DNA of 64,000 bases from an uncultured Candidatus Entotheonella sp. Its GTDB lineage: Bacteria; Tectomicrobia; Entotheonellia; Entotheonellales; Entotheonellaceae. Numbering within the stretch: the first letter of the stretch is position 1; every line of letters starts with the position of its first letter. The stretch lies in contig CBDCDA010000001.1 in NCBI GenBank assembly GCA_965215335.1, positions 256,001-320,000 of the forward strand, in the 5' to 3' direction. Below the pieces are notes generated by a model that made no database searches, was not told where the DNA came from, and saw only the letters and a list, made by a program, of their open reading frames with translations. Of this stretch, positions 40,407 through 51,042 are shown one piece after another. Both the position numbers and the translations under genes were made by a program.

Positions 40407-40478
40407 GCCGATGTAGCTCAATGGCAGAGCAGCCGATTTGTAATCGGCAGGTTGGAGGTTCAACTCCTCTCATCGGCT
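40407..40478 (+). tRNA. tRNA-Thr(TGT)
   Basis: Cloverleaf GCCGATG/CATCGGC; anticodon arm GCCGA-TTTGTAA-TCGGC; T-loop TTCAACT. Confidence 0.95.
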
Positions 40479-40527
40479 CCTGTTCGTACCTAATTTTGCA
40501 TATTTATTGTCCAACGCACACGTCCTT

Positions 40528-40610
40528 GGGGAGGTTCCCGAGCGGTCAAAGGGGACAGACTGTAAATCTGTTGGCTGATGTCTTCGGAGGTTCGAATCCT
40601 CCCCTCCCCA
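40528..40610 (+). tRNA. tRNA-Tyr(GTA)
   Basis: GGGGAGG/CCTCCCC; anticodon loop CTGTAAA; long variable arm; TTCGAAT. Confidence 0.95.
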
Positions 40611-40639
40611 TTGCATCATTTGGGTGTCGGCGACACACG

Positions 40640-40713
40640 GCGGGAATAGCTCAGTTGGCTAGAGCATCAGCCTTCCAAGCTGAGGGTCGCGGGTTCGAGT
40701 CCCGTTTCCCGCT
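40640..40713 (+). tRNA. tRNA-Gly(TCC)
   Basis: GCGGGAA/TTCCCGC; anticodon loop CTTCCAA. Confidence 0.95.
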
Positions 40714-40743
40714 TTGTCATCATGTGTCGTCGTTGCGGCGAAC

Positions 40744-40816
<73 letters not shown>

Positions 40817-40913
40817 CTTTTCCATACCTTTTCTCTTTTCCATATCTTTTATTGATCAATGTCAGCGTGTTTTCCGCAACACGGCACATTCGACACAGAG
40901 GGGGATTGGGTCA

Positions 40914-42107
40914 ATGTCGAAGGCGAAATTCGAGCGTAGCAAGCCGCATGTCAACGTTGGGACGATTGGTCATGTGGACCACGGCAAGACGACGCTGACA
41001 TCTGCCATGACGCAGGTTTTGGCAGCCGAAGGCAAGGCGGCCTATGTGCCCTTTGACCAGATCGACAAGGCGCCGGAGGAAAAAGCCCGTGGCATCACGA
41101 TTGCTACCGCACACGTGGAATACGAGAGCGAAAACCGCCATTACGCACACGTCGATTGTCCGGGACACGCCGACTACGTGAAAAACATGATTACGGGTGC
41201 GGCGCAGATGGACGGGGCCATCTTGGTGGTAAGCGCCGCCGATGGTGCGATGCCGCAGACGCGCGAGCATATCTTGTTGGCACGTCAGGTTGGTGTGCCC
41301 TACATCGTGGTGTTCATGAACAAGGTGGACATGGTAGACGACGAGGAATTGCTGGACTTGGTGGAGTTGGAGTTGCGGGAGTTGTTGAGCAAGTACGAAT
41401 TTCCGGGCGACGACATCCCGATCATCCGGGGCAGTGCGCTGCAGGCCTTGGAGGGCGGTGATCCGGGGGCTTCGGCGACAGGCTGCATCTTCGAGTTGAT
41501 CGGCGCGATTGATGCGTACGTGCCGACGCCGCAGCGCGCCGTGGACCGGCCGTTTCTGATGCCCGTGGAGGACGTGTTCACGATATCGGGTCGTGGGACG
41601 GTAGCGACGGGGCGTGTTGAGCGTGGCGTGGTGACGGTAGGCGACGACGTGGAGGTCGTGGGGATGAAGGAGACGCACAAGACGGTAGCGACGGGTGTGG
41701 AGATGTTTCGGAAGATATTGGACCGGGGCGAGGCAGGTGATAACATAGGGGTGTTGTTGCGCGGTGTGAAACGCGACGAGATTGAGCGTGGTCAGGTATT
41801 GGCGAAGCCGGGGTCGATTACGCCGCACACGCGCTTTCAGGCCGAGGTGTATGTCTTGTCGAAAGATGAGGGAGGTCGTCACACCCCGTTTTTCAATGGC
41901 TACCGTCCGCAGTTTTATTTTCGCACGACGGACGTGACGGGTGTGGTGACGTTGCCTTCGGGCACGGAGATGGTGATGCCTGGCGACAACGTTGGCGTGG
42001 AGGTGGAGTTGATCACGCCGATAGCCCTGGAGAAAGAGTTGCGTTTTGCGATCCGGGAAGGTGGCCGGACGGTAGGGGCCGGCGTCGTAAGTGAAATCCT
42101 GGCGTAG
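40914..42107 (+). CDS. tuf: Elongation factor Tu (copy 1)
   Basis: [28 protein letters not shown]. Confidence 0.99.
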   Translation: MSKAKFERSKPHVNVGTIGHVDHGKTTLTSAMTQVLAAEGKAAYVPFDQIDKAPEEKARGITIATAHVEYESENRHYAHVDCPGHADYVKNMITGAAQMDGAILVVSAADGAMPQTREHILLARQVGVPYIVVFMNKVDMVDDEELLDLVELELRELLSKYEFPGDDIPIIRGSALQALEGGDPGASATGCIFELIGAIDAYVPTPQRAVDRPFLMPVEDVFTISGRGTVATGRVERGVVTVGDDVEVVGMKETHKTVATGVEMFRKILDRGEAGDNIGVLLRGVKRDEIERGQVLAKPGSITPHTRFQAEVYVLSKDEGGRHTPFFNGYRPQFYFRTTDVTGVVTLPSGTEMVMPGDNVGVEVELITPIALEKELRFAIREGGRTVGAGVVSEILA

Positions 42108-42194
42108 TTTTTCTTTTGGTTTGGGCAGGGACCGTATTGGTGAATAATCGCCTTGCTGTTTTGGAGGTGCCTGAGGACAACGTAAGGAGTATCC

Positions 42195-42344
42195 GTGCGG
42201 GACTTGGTTACTTTAGCGTGTGTCGAATGCAGACGCCGCAACTACACAACGACGAAAAATAAGCGGCGCACCCCGCAGAGATTCGAGTTCAGAAAATACT
42301 GCCGCTTCTGTCGTCGGCATCAGCTTCACAGGGAGACGAGGTAG
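42195..42344 (+). CDS. rpmG: 50S ribosomal protein L33 (Zn-binding type)
   Basis: Not in the ORF track; GTG start after aaggag; [49 protein letters not shown]. Confidence 0.95.
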   Translation: MRDLVTLACVECRRRNYTTTKNKRRTPQRFEFRKYCRFCRRHQLHRETR

Positions 42345-42397
42345 CTTGTCCGAAAGCTCTGAGGGCTGGAAGCGCATGATCGGAACTCCAAAACTGT

Positions 42398-42470
42398 AGG
42401 CCAGTAGCTCGAACGGTAGAGCACCGGACTCCAAATCCGGGTGATGGGGGTTCGAATCCCTCCTGGCCTG
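42398..42470 (+). tRNA. tRNA-Trp(CCA)
   Basis: AGGCCAG/CTGGCCT; anticodon arm CCGGA-CTCCAAA-TCCGG. Confidence 0.95.
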
Positions 42471-42558
42471 CCTGAAATACAGCGTGGGGGCCCTGCGACA
42501 GGCAAAACGCACAGGCGGTCAGGGAAAACATCTCCGTCCTGTCACGTTCGGACTTGAT

Positions 42559-42657
42559 GCGCGTTTCGTTTGATCGGAGTTGGGGTCCATGTGAGGGCTC
42601 TGGCCACAACTGGTCAGGCCTTTGCGAAAATTCCTGGTATCAAAGTGAACGCACTTT
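42559..42657. mobile_element. MITE-like element, copy A
   Basis: Ends gcgcgtttcgtttga ... tcaaagtgaacgcacttt; inverted homolog at 42909-43024. Confidence 0.65.
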
Positions 42658-42688
42658 GGATATCCGTCGTGCTTAAAAGGTCACTGCC

Positions 42689-42910
42689 GTGTTCGAGGCT
42701 TACATCCAGCGGCATGTTCGAGATGCCTACGGCAAAAGCATCCAATTTTATCAGGACGTACGCTCTGAACTGAGAAAAGTCACGTTCCCCAATCGAAAAG
42801 AGACGATTGCGTCCACGGCAGTTGTCATCACCGTTGTTTTCATCATTGCCATATACCTCGGCATGGTAGATTTCGTCCTTTCACTGGTTCTAGGTAATCT
42901 TCTCAACTAA
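42689..42910 (+). CDS. secE: Preprotein translocase subunit SecE
   Basis: FYQDVRSELRKVTFPNRKE plus one TM helix; position between tRNA-Trp and nusG. Confidence 0.92.
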   Translation: MFEAYIQRHVRDAYGKSIQFYQDVRSELRKVTFPNRKETIASTAVVITVVFIIAIYLGMVDFVLSLVLGNLLN

Positions 42911-43024
42911 AGTGCGTTCACTTTGAAACCGAGAATTTCAGAGAGACCTTGTCCAGTTGCAGCAAGGCAGCTTCACAGGGGTCTCAATTCGGAAGGATTC
43001 CTAATCTCAAACGGAACGCGCTAG
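42909..43024. mobile_element. MITE-like element, copy B (inverted relative to copy A)
   Basis: aaagtgcgttcactttga ... tcaaacggaacgcgctag, imperfect terminal IRs; 39/51 identity to copy A by hand, last 18 nt identical. Confidence 0.65.
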
Positions 43025-43045
43025 TCCGATCTAGGACACGTCACT

Positions 43046-43577
43046 ATGAGCAAACACTGGTACGTCATCCACACCTATTCCGGCCATGAGAATAAAGTCA
43101 AGGCCAGTCTTGAAGAACGGCTGAATTCGAAAGGATTGCTTGAACGAGTTGGTCAGATTCTGGTACCCAGCGGAGGACGTTGTTGAAATTAGAGGTGGAA
43201 AGCGCAAAATATCATCACGGAAATTCTTTCCCGGATACGTGCTGATCGAGGCGGAAATCGATGATGAAGTCTGGTATGCAATCAAAGATACCCCAAAAGT
43301 CACCGGATTTCTGGGAGGTGGAAAAGACCCAACGCCTTTGTCAGAGGAAGAAATTTCTTACATTTGGAATCAAATCAGTGGGGAAACTTCAGAACCGAAG
43401 CCCAAAGTGATTTTTGGGCCGGGAGAGAATGTGCGTGTAACCGATGGGCCATTCACGAACTTTACGGGTGTTATCGGAGAGGTACATCCCGAGCGTGGAA
43501 AGCTCAAAGTGATGGTCAGTATATTCGGACGTTCCACGCCGGTTGAGTTGGAATTCTTACAGGTGGAATCGATCTGA
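43046..43577 (+). CDS. nusG: Transcription factor NusG, carrying a +1 frameshift
   Basis: [19 protein letters not shown]...QILVP in one frame, [13 protein letters not shown]...FPGYV...[11 protein letters not shown] in the next; span is 532 nt (3n+1); extra C at 43166-43168. Confidence 0.9.
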
Positions 43578-43609
43578 GATGCAACCCCGGGCAGTATAGG
43601 GAATGACAG

Positions 43610-44035
43610 GTGGCGAAACAGGTTGTAACAAAAATAAAATTGCAGGTGCCTGCCGGACAGGCTAATCCTTCCCCCCCCGTGGGGCCCGCATTGGGTCAAC
43701 ATGGCGTGAACATCATGGAGTTTTGCAAGGCCTTCAATGCTCAAACTCAGGCCCAAGCCGGGGTGATCACCCCGGTGGTCGTCACTGTGTACGCCGATCG
43801 TTCGTTTTCATACATCACAAAGTCTCCTCCCGCTGCTGAATTGATAAAGCAGGCGGCGGGGCTTGCCAAGGGGGCTTCGACTCCGAATCGGGAAAAAGTC
43901 GGACAAGTGACGACAACGCAGTTGCGGCAAATCGCTGCAACCAAGCAAGCTGACCTTAATGCGAACACCGTTGAGGCCGCAATACGGATTATTGCTGGAA
44001 CGGCCCGCAGCATGGGCGTTGAAGTCGTTGATTGA
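43610..44035 (+). CDS. rplK: 50S ribosomal protein L11
   Basis: [23 protein letters not shown]. Confidence 0.98.
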   Translation: MAKQVVTKIKLQVPAGQANPSPPVGPALGQHGVNIMEFCKAFNAQTQAQAGVITPVVVTVYADRSFSYITKSPPAAELIKQAAGLAKGASTPNREKVGQVTTTQLRQIAATKQADLNANTVEAAIRIIAGTARSMGVEVVD

Positions 44036-44057
44036 GACCTGACGAGGAGGTGGCCGC

Positions 44058-44762
44058 ATGGTACAACGGGGCAGGAATCTTGATGAGGCACGGAAGAAAC
44101 TTGACAAGACAAATAGATATGAATTGCGGGAAGCATTAAGTCTGGTACGGGAGATGGCTTTCGCCAAGTTTGATGAAACTATCGAGCTGGCGGTACGACT
44201 TGGTGTAAACCCCCGTCATGCTGATCAGGTGGTACGGGGCGGCGTTGTGCTGCCGCACGGCGTTGGCAAGGTCCCACGCGTTGTGGTATTCGCCAAAGGT
44301 GACAAAGAGAGAGAGGCCATGGAGGCAGGAGGCGACTTTGTCGGCGGCGAGGATCTGGCCCGGAAAATAGCCGATGGGTGGTTGGATTTTGATCGGACGG
44401 CAGCAACCCCCGACATGATGGCCATCGTTGGCAGATTAGGCAGAATTTTGGGGCCTCGCGGGTTGATGCCTAACCCCAAGACAGGCACGGTTGACCTCGA
44501 CATCGGCCGCGTGGTTCGAGAGATCAAATCTGGCAAAGTGGAATTTCGTGTTGATCGTGCCGGTATCATTCACGTGGGCATTGGGAAGGTTAGTTTTTCT
44601 CTTGAATCCTTGGAGGAAAACGCCCGCACACTTCTGGACACGCTGGTGCGCCTGAAGCCGAACACCAGCAAGGGCAAATATATGCGTGCCATTTCTCTGT
44701 CATCGACGATGGGCCCGGGCGTCAAGGTGGATGAGGTCGTCATGGCCAATGCTTTACGGTAA
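44058..44762 (+). CDS. rplA: 50S ribosomal protein L1
   Basis: [26 protein letters not shown]. Confidence 0.98.
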   Translation: MVQRGRNLDEARKKLDKTNRYELREALSLVREMAFAKFDETIELAVRLGVNPRHADQVVRGGVVLPHGVGKVPRVVVFAKGDKEREAMEAGGDFVGGEDLARKIADGWLDFDRTAATPDMMAIVGRLGRILGPRGLMPNPKTGTVDLDIGRVVREIKSGKVEFRVDRAGIIHVGIGKVSFSLESLEENARTLLDTLVRLKPNTSKGKYMRAISLSSTMGPGVKVDEVVMANALR

Positions 44763-44813
44763 TTGCGTGCAGTAGGCAGGCGAACTGGCAAAGTGACGTG
44801 GAGAGAGTCGGAC

Positions 44814-45353
44814 GTGGCTGAGAAAACGATAAGCGAAACAAAGATAGGGAAAGTGAAATTCCTGGAGGCCAAATTCGCTGGTGCCAAGGCGGCGGTCTTA
44901 TCCGACTACTGCGGATTGAACGTCCAGGAGATATCAGATCTCCGCGGCATGCTGCGAAAGGCCGACGTCGAACTGCACGTTGTGAAGAATACCCTGGCAC
45001 GGCGCGCAGTTGAATCAACACATCTCAAGCCACTAGCCGAGTATGTCAAAGGTCCGACCGCTATCGCTTTAACGATTGACGATGCTGTGGGCATGGCCAA
45101 GGTCCTAGCCGATTACGCCAGGAAAGAACCCAAACTGGACATTCGGGCAGGGATCGTGGAAGGGCGCGTGCTGACGGCGGAACAGATCGCCCAGGTGGCG
45201 GAGTTGCCATCGCGGGAAGTGCTATTGGCTCAAATGCTTGGTGCCATGCAGAATCCGCTTTCCGGTTTGGTTGGGGTTCTGCACGGGGTGCTGCGTCAGT
45301 TGCTTTATGCCCTCGTTGCGATCAAGGAGGCGAAAGGGCAGCCTAGCGATTGA
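44814..45353 (+). CDS. rplJ: 50S ribosomal protein L10
   Basis: [26 protein letters not shown] start. Confidence 0.95.
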   Translation: MAEKTISETKIGKVKFLEAKFAGAKAAVLSDYCGLNVQEISDLRGMLRKADVELHVVKNTLARRAVESTHLKPLAEYVKGPTAIALTIDDAVGMAKVLADYARKEPKLDIRAGIVEGRVLTAEQIAQVAELPSREVLLAQMLGAMQNPLSGLVGVLHGVLRQLLYALVAIKEAKGQPSD

Positions 45354-45400
45354 GGCGGCTTTGTGTGTATAGTGTCCGGAACGCAATTACGGAGGCGAAG

Positions 45401-45781
45401 ATGGCTGTCACGAAAGAGGAAGTGCTTGATTATATAGACAACATGACCGTTCTTGAGCTGTCGGAATTGGTGAAGGAGCTGGAGGAGAGGTTCGGGGTGT
45501 CAGCGGCGGCTCCAATGGTTGCCATGCCTGTGGCGGGTGGTCCGGCTGCCGAAGAGGTTCCGGCCGAGAAGACCGAATTCGATGTCGTCCTGGTCGGCGC
45601 CGGGGACAAGAAAATCCAAGTCATCAAAGAAGTTCGCTCAATCACCGGCCTTGGCTTGAAGGAGGCCAAGGCTTTGGTGGATGAAGCCCCCAAGCCCGTC
45701 AAAGAAGGGATTACGAAAGAAGAAGCCGAAACGGTCAAATCACAGTTGGAAGAAGTGGGCGCGCAGGTCGAGGTGAAGTGA
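45401..45781 (+). CDS. rplL: 50S ribosomal protein L7/L12
   Basis: [23 protein letters not shown]. Confidence 0.98.
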   Translation: MAVTKEEVLDYIDNMTVLELSELVKELEERFGVSAAAPMVAMPVAGGPAAEEVPAEKTEFDVVLVGAGDKKIQVIKEVRSITGLGLKEAKALVDEAPKPVKEGITKEEAETVKSQLEEVGAQVEVK

Positions 45782-45853
45782 GATTTCGCAGGCTGAAGTC
45801 CGAGATCGAAAGGTTCTACGGAGTTGTTTCATTTTCGCCTGTGAGGGGAGACT

Positions 45854-48800
45854 GTGACCATGCGGGATAAATCAGAGGCTAACGGACATGGCTGTCGGGA
45901 ACGGCAGGATTTCGCACGTATTCCCACGATTATCGACCTCCCCAATCTCATTGAGGTGCAGCAGAAGTCCTACTCGCGCTTCCTGCAGCAGGAGCGCCCT
46001 CCCATGGACCGCGAAGACCGTGGCTTGGAGGCGGTCTTCAGGAGCGTATTTCCGATTGAGGACTTCAACGGCATTTCCACGTTGGAATACGTGGGTTATG
46101 AAGTTGGGATGTGGGAGTCTGCGGAGGGCGAATACAAAGGACTTGGCGGCAGTGGCGTGGTGAGTCAAAGCACCAACCAGCCTCTTTCCTATCATTCTAA
46201 ACATGACCTTGGTGAGTGTCGGCAGAAGGGCATCACCTATGCCGATCCTTTGCGCGTCTTGGTGCGTTTGGTGGTGCGTGAAAAAGGCAGCGGTGGCGAA
46301 TCCGCGGTCATTCGCGAGGTGAAGGAACAAAAAGTATATCTCGGCGAAGTCCCCCTGATGACGGAACATGGCACGTTCGTCATTAATGGCACGGAGCGTG
46401 TCATTGTGAGCCAGCTACATCGTTCGCCCGGGGTGTTTTTCGCCCAGGAAAAGGGACGCAGTACGGTTAGTGGGAAACCGCTATACGTGGCGCGTGTCAT
46501 TCCCTACCGCGGTTCCTGGCTCGACTTCGAGTTTGATGTCAAGGATCACTTGTACGTTCGTATCGATCGTCGCCGGAAACTCCCTGTCACGATTCTTCTG
46601 CGGGCCCTGGGTCTGTCGTCACGAGAAATTCTCCAGACTTTCTATCAACATGAATCCGTGCGGCACGACCCTGAGCACGACGTGTTCTACAAAGAGGTGT
46701 CGGAACTGTCGCTGCAACAACAGAGTCCGGAAGACGTGTCGGACCCGAAGTCCGGTGAAGTAATCATTCGTGCCGGGCGGCGCATTTCACGCAGCGCCTT
46801 GCGTCGGCTGCAAAATAGCGAGGTCAAGGAAATTCCGACCACTGAAGAGTGGCTCGTGAATCGGGTTGTGGCAGAAGACATCATCGATCCGGTCACGGGC
46901 GAAATTTTGTATGAATTGAATCACGAATTGTCGTCTGATGACTTGGCCCAATTGAAGGCCAAGGGCGTCACCGACTTCCGTCTGCTTTTTCTGGATCCAT
47001 TGTCCGCAGATGTCTCGCTTCGTCTCACACTCATGGCAGACCGTCTCGAGACGAAAGAGGAAGCCTTGCTGGAGATTTATAAACGCCTGCGACCTGGTGA
47101 CATCCCAACGAAGGACACGGCGCGCCTATTTTTCGACAACCTCTTCTTTAATGCCAAGCGCTATGATCTCTCGAGAATAGGCCGTTTGAAGCTCAATACC
47201 AAGCTCGGCCTTGATCTGTCGCTTGAGACGCGCATGTTGACGCAGCAGGATGTAATCGAGGTGGTTCGATACCTCCTGGCACTGCGTCAAGGCAGCGGGA
47301 TGGTTGACGACATCGATCACTTGGGTAATCGCCGTGTGCGTTCCGTTGGCGAGTTACTCGAAAACCAATTGCGGATAGGCTTGGTGCGGATGGAACGCGC
47401 CGTTCGGGAACGGATGAGCATCCAGGATCTTGAGACCGCGATGCCGCATGACCTGATTAACTCGAAGCCGGTGACGGCGGCAGTGAAGGAGTTTTTTGGC
47501 AGCAGTCAACTGTCTCAGTTCATGGATCAGACCAACCCGCTATCGGAAATTACCCACAAACGGCGCCTGTCCGCTCTAGGTCCGGGCGGCCTAACGAGAG
47601 ACCGGGCAGGTTTTGAAGTTCGCGATGTCCATCCGACACATTACGGACGCATCTGTCCCATTGAAACTCCCGAGGGGCCCAATATCGGGCTGATCGCCTC
47701 TCTCAGCACGTATGCGCGGGTAAATCGTTTCGGTTTTATTGAAACGCCGTATCGTAAGGTGGAGCAAGGTCGTGTTACGGATGAAATCAAATTTTTATCG
47801 GCCATTGAGGAGGATCAGTACGTCATCGCTCAGGCAAATGCCGAGGTAACGGAAAAGGGAGAATTTGTTCAAGATGTCATATCGGCGCGAAGCGGGGGCG
47901 AGTTCGTTCTGACTCCGCCAAGCGATATCGATTTTATGGACGTGTCGCCGAAACAGCTTGTCAGTGTCGCCACTTCCTTGATCCCATTTCTGGAAAACGA
48001 CGATGCGAATCGAGCCTTGATGGGCTCCAACATGCAGCGTCAGGCTGTACCCCTTTTACAAACCGAGTCCCCGATTGTTGGGACTGGAATGGAAACAATT
48101 GCCGCACGTGATTCAGGTGCTGTCGTTCTGGCGAAGTCGGCGGGCGAGGTGGTAAACGTTGATGCCACGCGTATCGTCGTACGGGTGAATGAGGATAATG
48201 AAGGAGGAAATACCCGGGTCGATATCTACTCCTTGGTCAAATACCAGCGTTCCAATCAAAGCACCTGCATCAACCAACGTCCCATCGTGCATCTGGGGCA
48301 ACGTGTCAGTATGGGCGAGGTGCTTGCCGATGGTCCGTCGACCGAGTTTGGTGAATTGGCGCTTGGCCGCAATGTGCTAGTCGCCTTCATGCCTTGGGGC
48401 GGATACAACTTCGAAGATGCGATTGTCATCAGCGAACGCGTTGTGAAGGAAGACGTTTTTACTTCGATACATATTGAAGAGTTTGAGGTCGAGTCGTGTG
48501 ACACGAAACAGGGCAAAGAGGAGATCACCCGGGACATTCCCAACATAGGTGAGGATGCGCTGGCAAATCTCGATGAGAGTGGCATTGTTCGGATTGGCGC
48601 AACCGTTGCCCCCGGAGACATACTGGTTGGAAAGATTACCCCCAAGGGCGAGACACAATTGAGTCCTGAAGAGAAACTTCTCAAGGCCATTTTCGGCGAG
48701 AAGGCCGGAGATGTGCGGGATACGTCGTTGAACGTGCCCCCAGGCGTGGAGGGCACCATCGTTGGAGTACGGGTATTTTCGCGCCGTGGGGCCGACAAAG

Positions 48801-49948
48801 ACGAACGCATGCAATCTATCGAGGACGAAGATGCGGCACGCATCGAAAGGGATGTAGATGACGAAATCAAAAACGTCGAGGCAGAACGGGACAAGAAAAT
48901 TCGCCGTCTCCTTGTAGGCAAGACGGCAATCAAGAGGGATGCTTCCAATGGCGAGGGAAGCCGGCGGGCCTCGAGGGGTTCGAAAATCACGGAGAAGGCG
49001 CTAGCCAAATTGTCTGGCAAAACGCTTCTGGACGTCCGCGTTGAGGAGTCGGACCTTGTTCATGAGCACATGCCCGAGATAGCTGAAGCGGCAGAGCGTC
49101 AGATAGAGGCTCTGAAAAAGGCAGCAGAAGAAAAAATCGCCAAACTCCGTCGGGGTGACGAATTGCCGCCTGGCGTCATCAAGATGGTGAAGGTCTATGT
49201 CGCCATGAAGCGCAAATTGAGCGTCGGGGACAAGATGGCCGGTCGGCACGGAAATAAGGGTGTAGTTTCAATCATCGTGCCCGAAGAAGACATGCCTTAC
49301 ATGGCCGACGGTACCCCGATTGATCTCATTCTGAATCCCCTCGGCGTGCCGTCACGCATGAATGTGGGACAAATTCTTGAAACCCATTTGGGATGGGCCG
49401 CACAAAAACTGGGGCTGGCGGTGGCAACACCGGTATTCGATGGGGCAACGGAAAAAGACATCAAGGAGGCGCTGGCACAGGCGGATTTACCGGAAAACGG
49501 CCGTGTAGAATTGTTTGACGGAAAATCCGGCGTTCCATTCGACCAGAAAGTTGTCGTTGGCCAGATTTACATGATGAAGCTCCATCACCTCGTCGACGAT
49601 AAAATTCATGCCCGCTCGACCGGACCTTACTCCCTGGTGACACAACAGCCGTTGGGGGGCAAGGCGCAATTCGGCGGTCAGCGTTTGGGCGAGATGGAAG
49701 TATGGGCGCTGGAAGCTTATGGTGCTGCGCGCACCTTGCAGGAGATGCTTACCGTCAAATCGGATGACGTTGCCGGACGCACCCGGATGTATGAAGCCAT
49801 CGTTAAAGGTGAAAATACCCTGGAAGCCAGTTTGCCCGAATCGTTCAATGTCCTTGTGAAGGAATTGCAGAGCTTGGCACTTGATGTCGAGTTGCTCGAG
49901 GCAAACGATGTGCCACAGGATGACCAGTGGGAAGAGATGTCCGAGTAA
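45854..49948 (+). CDS. rpoB: RNA polymerase beta subunit
   Basis: [52 protein letters not shown]. Confidence 0.99.
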   Translation: MTMRDKSEANGHGCRERQDFARIPTIIDLPNLIEVQQKSYSRFLQQERPPMDREDRGLEAVFRSVFPIEDFNGISTLEYVGYEVGMWESAEGEYKGLGGSGVVSQSTNQPLSYHSKHDLGECRQKGITYADPLRVLVRLVVREKGSGGESAVIREVKEQKVYLGEVPLMTEHGTFVINGTERVIVSQLHRSPGVFFAQEKGRSTVSGKPLYVARVIPYRGSWLDFEFDVKDHLYVRIDRRRKLPVTILLRALGLSSREILQTFYQHESVRHDPEHDVFYKEVSELSLQQQSPEDVSDPKSGEVIIRAGRRISRSALRRLQNSEVKEIPTTEEWLVNRVVAEDIIDPVTGEILYELNHELSSDDLAQLKAKGVTDFRLLFLDPLSADVSLRLTLMADRLETKEEALLEIYKRLRPGDIPTKDTARLFFDNLFFNAKRYDLSRIGRLKLNTKLGLDLSLETRMLTQQDVIEVVRYLLALRQGSGMVDDIDHLGNRRVRSVGELLENQLRIGLVRMERAVRERMSIQDLETAMPHDLINSKPVTAAVKEFFGSSQLSQFMDQTNPLSEITHKRRLSALGPGGLTRDRAGFEVRDVHPTHYGRICPIETPEGPNIGLIASLSTYARVNRFGFIETPYRKVEQGRVTDEIKFLSAIEEDQYVIAQANAEVTEKGEFVQDVISARSGGEFVLTPPSDIDFMDVSPKQLVSVATSLIPFLENDDANRALMGSNMQRQAVPLLQTESPIVGTGMETIAARDSGAVVLAKSAGEVVNVDATRIVVRVNEDNEGGNTRVDIYSLVKYQRSNQSTCINQRPIVHLGQRVSMGEVLADGPSTEFGELALGRNVLVAFMPWGGYNFEDAIVISERVVKEDVFTSIHIEEFEVESCDTKQGKEEITRDIPNIGEDALANLDESGIVRIGATVAPGDILVGKITPKGETQLSPEEKLLKAIFGEKAGDVRDTSLNVPPGVEGTIVGVRVFSRRGADKDERMQSIEDEDAARIERDVDDEIKNVEAERDKKIRRLLVGKTAIKRDASNGEGSRRASRGSKITEKALAKLSGKTLLDVRVEESDLVHEHMPEIAEAAERQIEALKKAAEEKIAKLRRGDELPPGVIKMVKVYVAMKRKLSVGDKMAGRHGNKGVVSIIVPEEDMPYMADGTPIDLILNPLGVPSRMNVGQILETHLGWAAQKLGLAVATPVFDGATEKDIKEALAQADLPENGRVELFDGKSGVPFDQKVVVGQIYMMKLHHLVDDKIHARSTGPYSLVTQQPLGGKAQFGGQRLGEMEVWALEAYGAARTLQEMLTVKSDDVAGRTRMYEAIVKGENTLEASLPESFNVLVKELQSLALDVELLEANDVPQDDQWEEMSE

Positions 49949-49980
49949 ATTGTCCGCCATCATGTGCCAGTCTGCCCTAG

Positions 49981-50987
49981 GTTATGGTCCCGGGGTCAGA
50001 TGATTTGGATCGGCTCTGAATCCTTGCGGCTCCAATGTCCAGACCTTGCAGATGCATTCGTAGGGTGTAAGGCCCCGGAGGGTCTTGAGACGCCGCGCGA
50101 AGTTGCAGGCCGACAGAAGATCATCCAGGTGGCGGCGTAGTCGGGCATGACTCTCGTCGTGGAAACGCTTGACGGTGGCCTCCTTGACTGTGCGGTTCAG
50201 GCGCCCGGCCTGAGCGTTGGTCCACGGATGGCTGGGCTGTGTCAGACGGTGCTCGATCCCATGTCGCCGACACGCCCGCTCGAACAGGTGACCGCGCAAG
50301 CGCGCCGTGGCGCCGCTTCGGTTCCGGGCAAGATCGGCGAACTGGGTACCGTTGTCGGTCAGCACCGTATGAATCTTGCAGGGGGCGGCTGTAACCAGGT
50401 CGTCCAGGAATACCGTCGTCACTTTGCTGCTGGCACGCCCCACCAGCCTGGCAAAGGCGAACGTCGAGGTTTGGTCGATGGCGATAAACAGACAGAGTTT
50501 ACCCTCGGCGGTGCGCGGGTCGGCGATGTCGATATGGAAATAGCCGATATGGAAATAGCCGATGGGGATAGCGCCTGAAGCGCTGCTTCGCAGATTTTTC
50601 GCCCCCTTCTTGCTGCGGCAGACGGCTGATGTCATGGCGCTGCAGGCAGTGATGCAGCGGCGAACGGGTCAGGTGCGGGAGGGTCGTCTTCAGGGCGTAG
50701 AGGCAGTCGCCGAGCGGCGTCAGGGTGTGGTGCCGGAAGGCCACACGATGAGTGCTTTCTCAGCCTCGCTTAGAAGCGTCGAGCGCGGCTGTTTGGTCCT
50801 GTCTTGCGATCTTCGACGAGCGAAGCTCTTGATCGCTGTATTGTGCTGCTCTGACGGCATACGTGGCGGCGCTTCTGGTGAAGTACCTGTCCCATAGGGC
50901 CTCTCCCATAGGGCCTCCTTCCACTGAGGGGAGCGGATCATACCGCCGATCCGCGGGACTAGACATCTGATTTGTTGAGACGTTACG
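49981..50987 (-). mobile_element. Degenerate IS481-family element
   Basis: MGQVLH start, AFRHHTLTPLGDCLYAL, IGYFHIDIA (15-bp duplication), VLTDNGTQF, HPWTNAQ, NFARRLKTLRGLTPYE; several frameshifts. Confidence 0.9.
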
Positions 50988-51042
50988 CCATTCAGTCGCC
51001 ATGCTTCACGCAAACCCCGACCCCTGCTGAAGGAGGCCGCCT

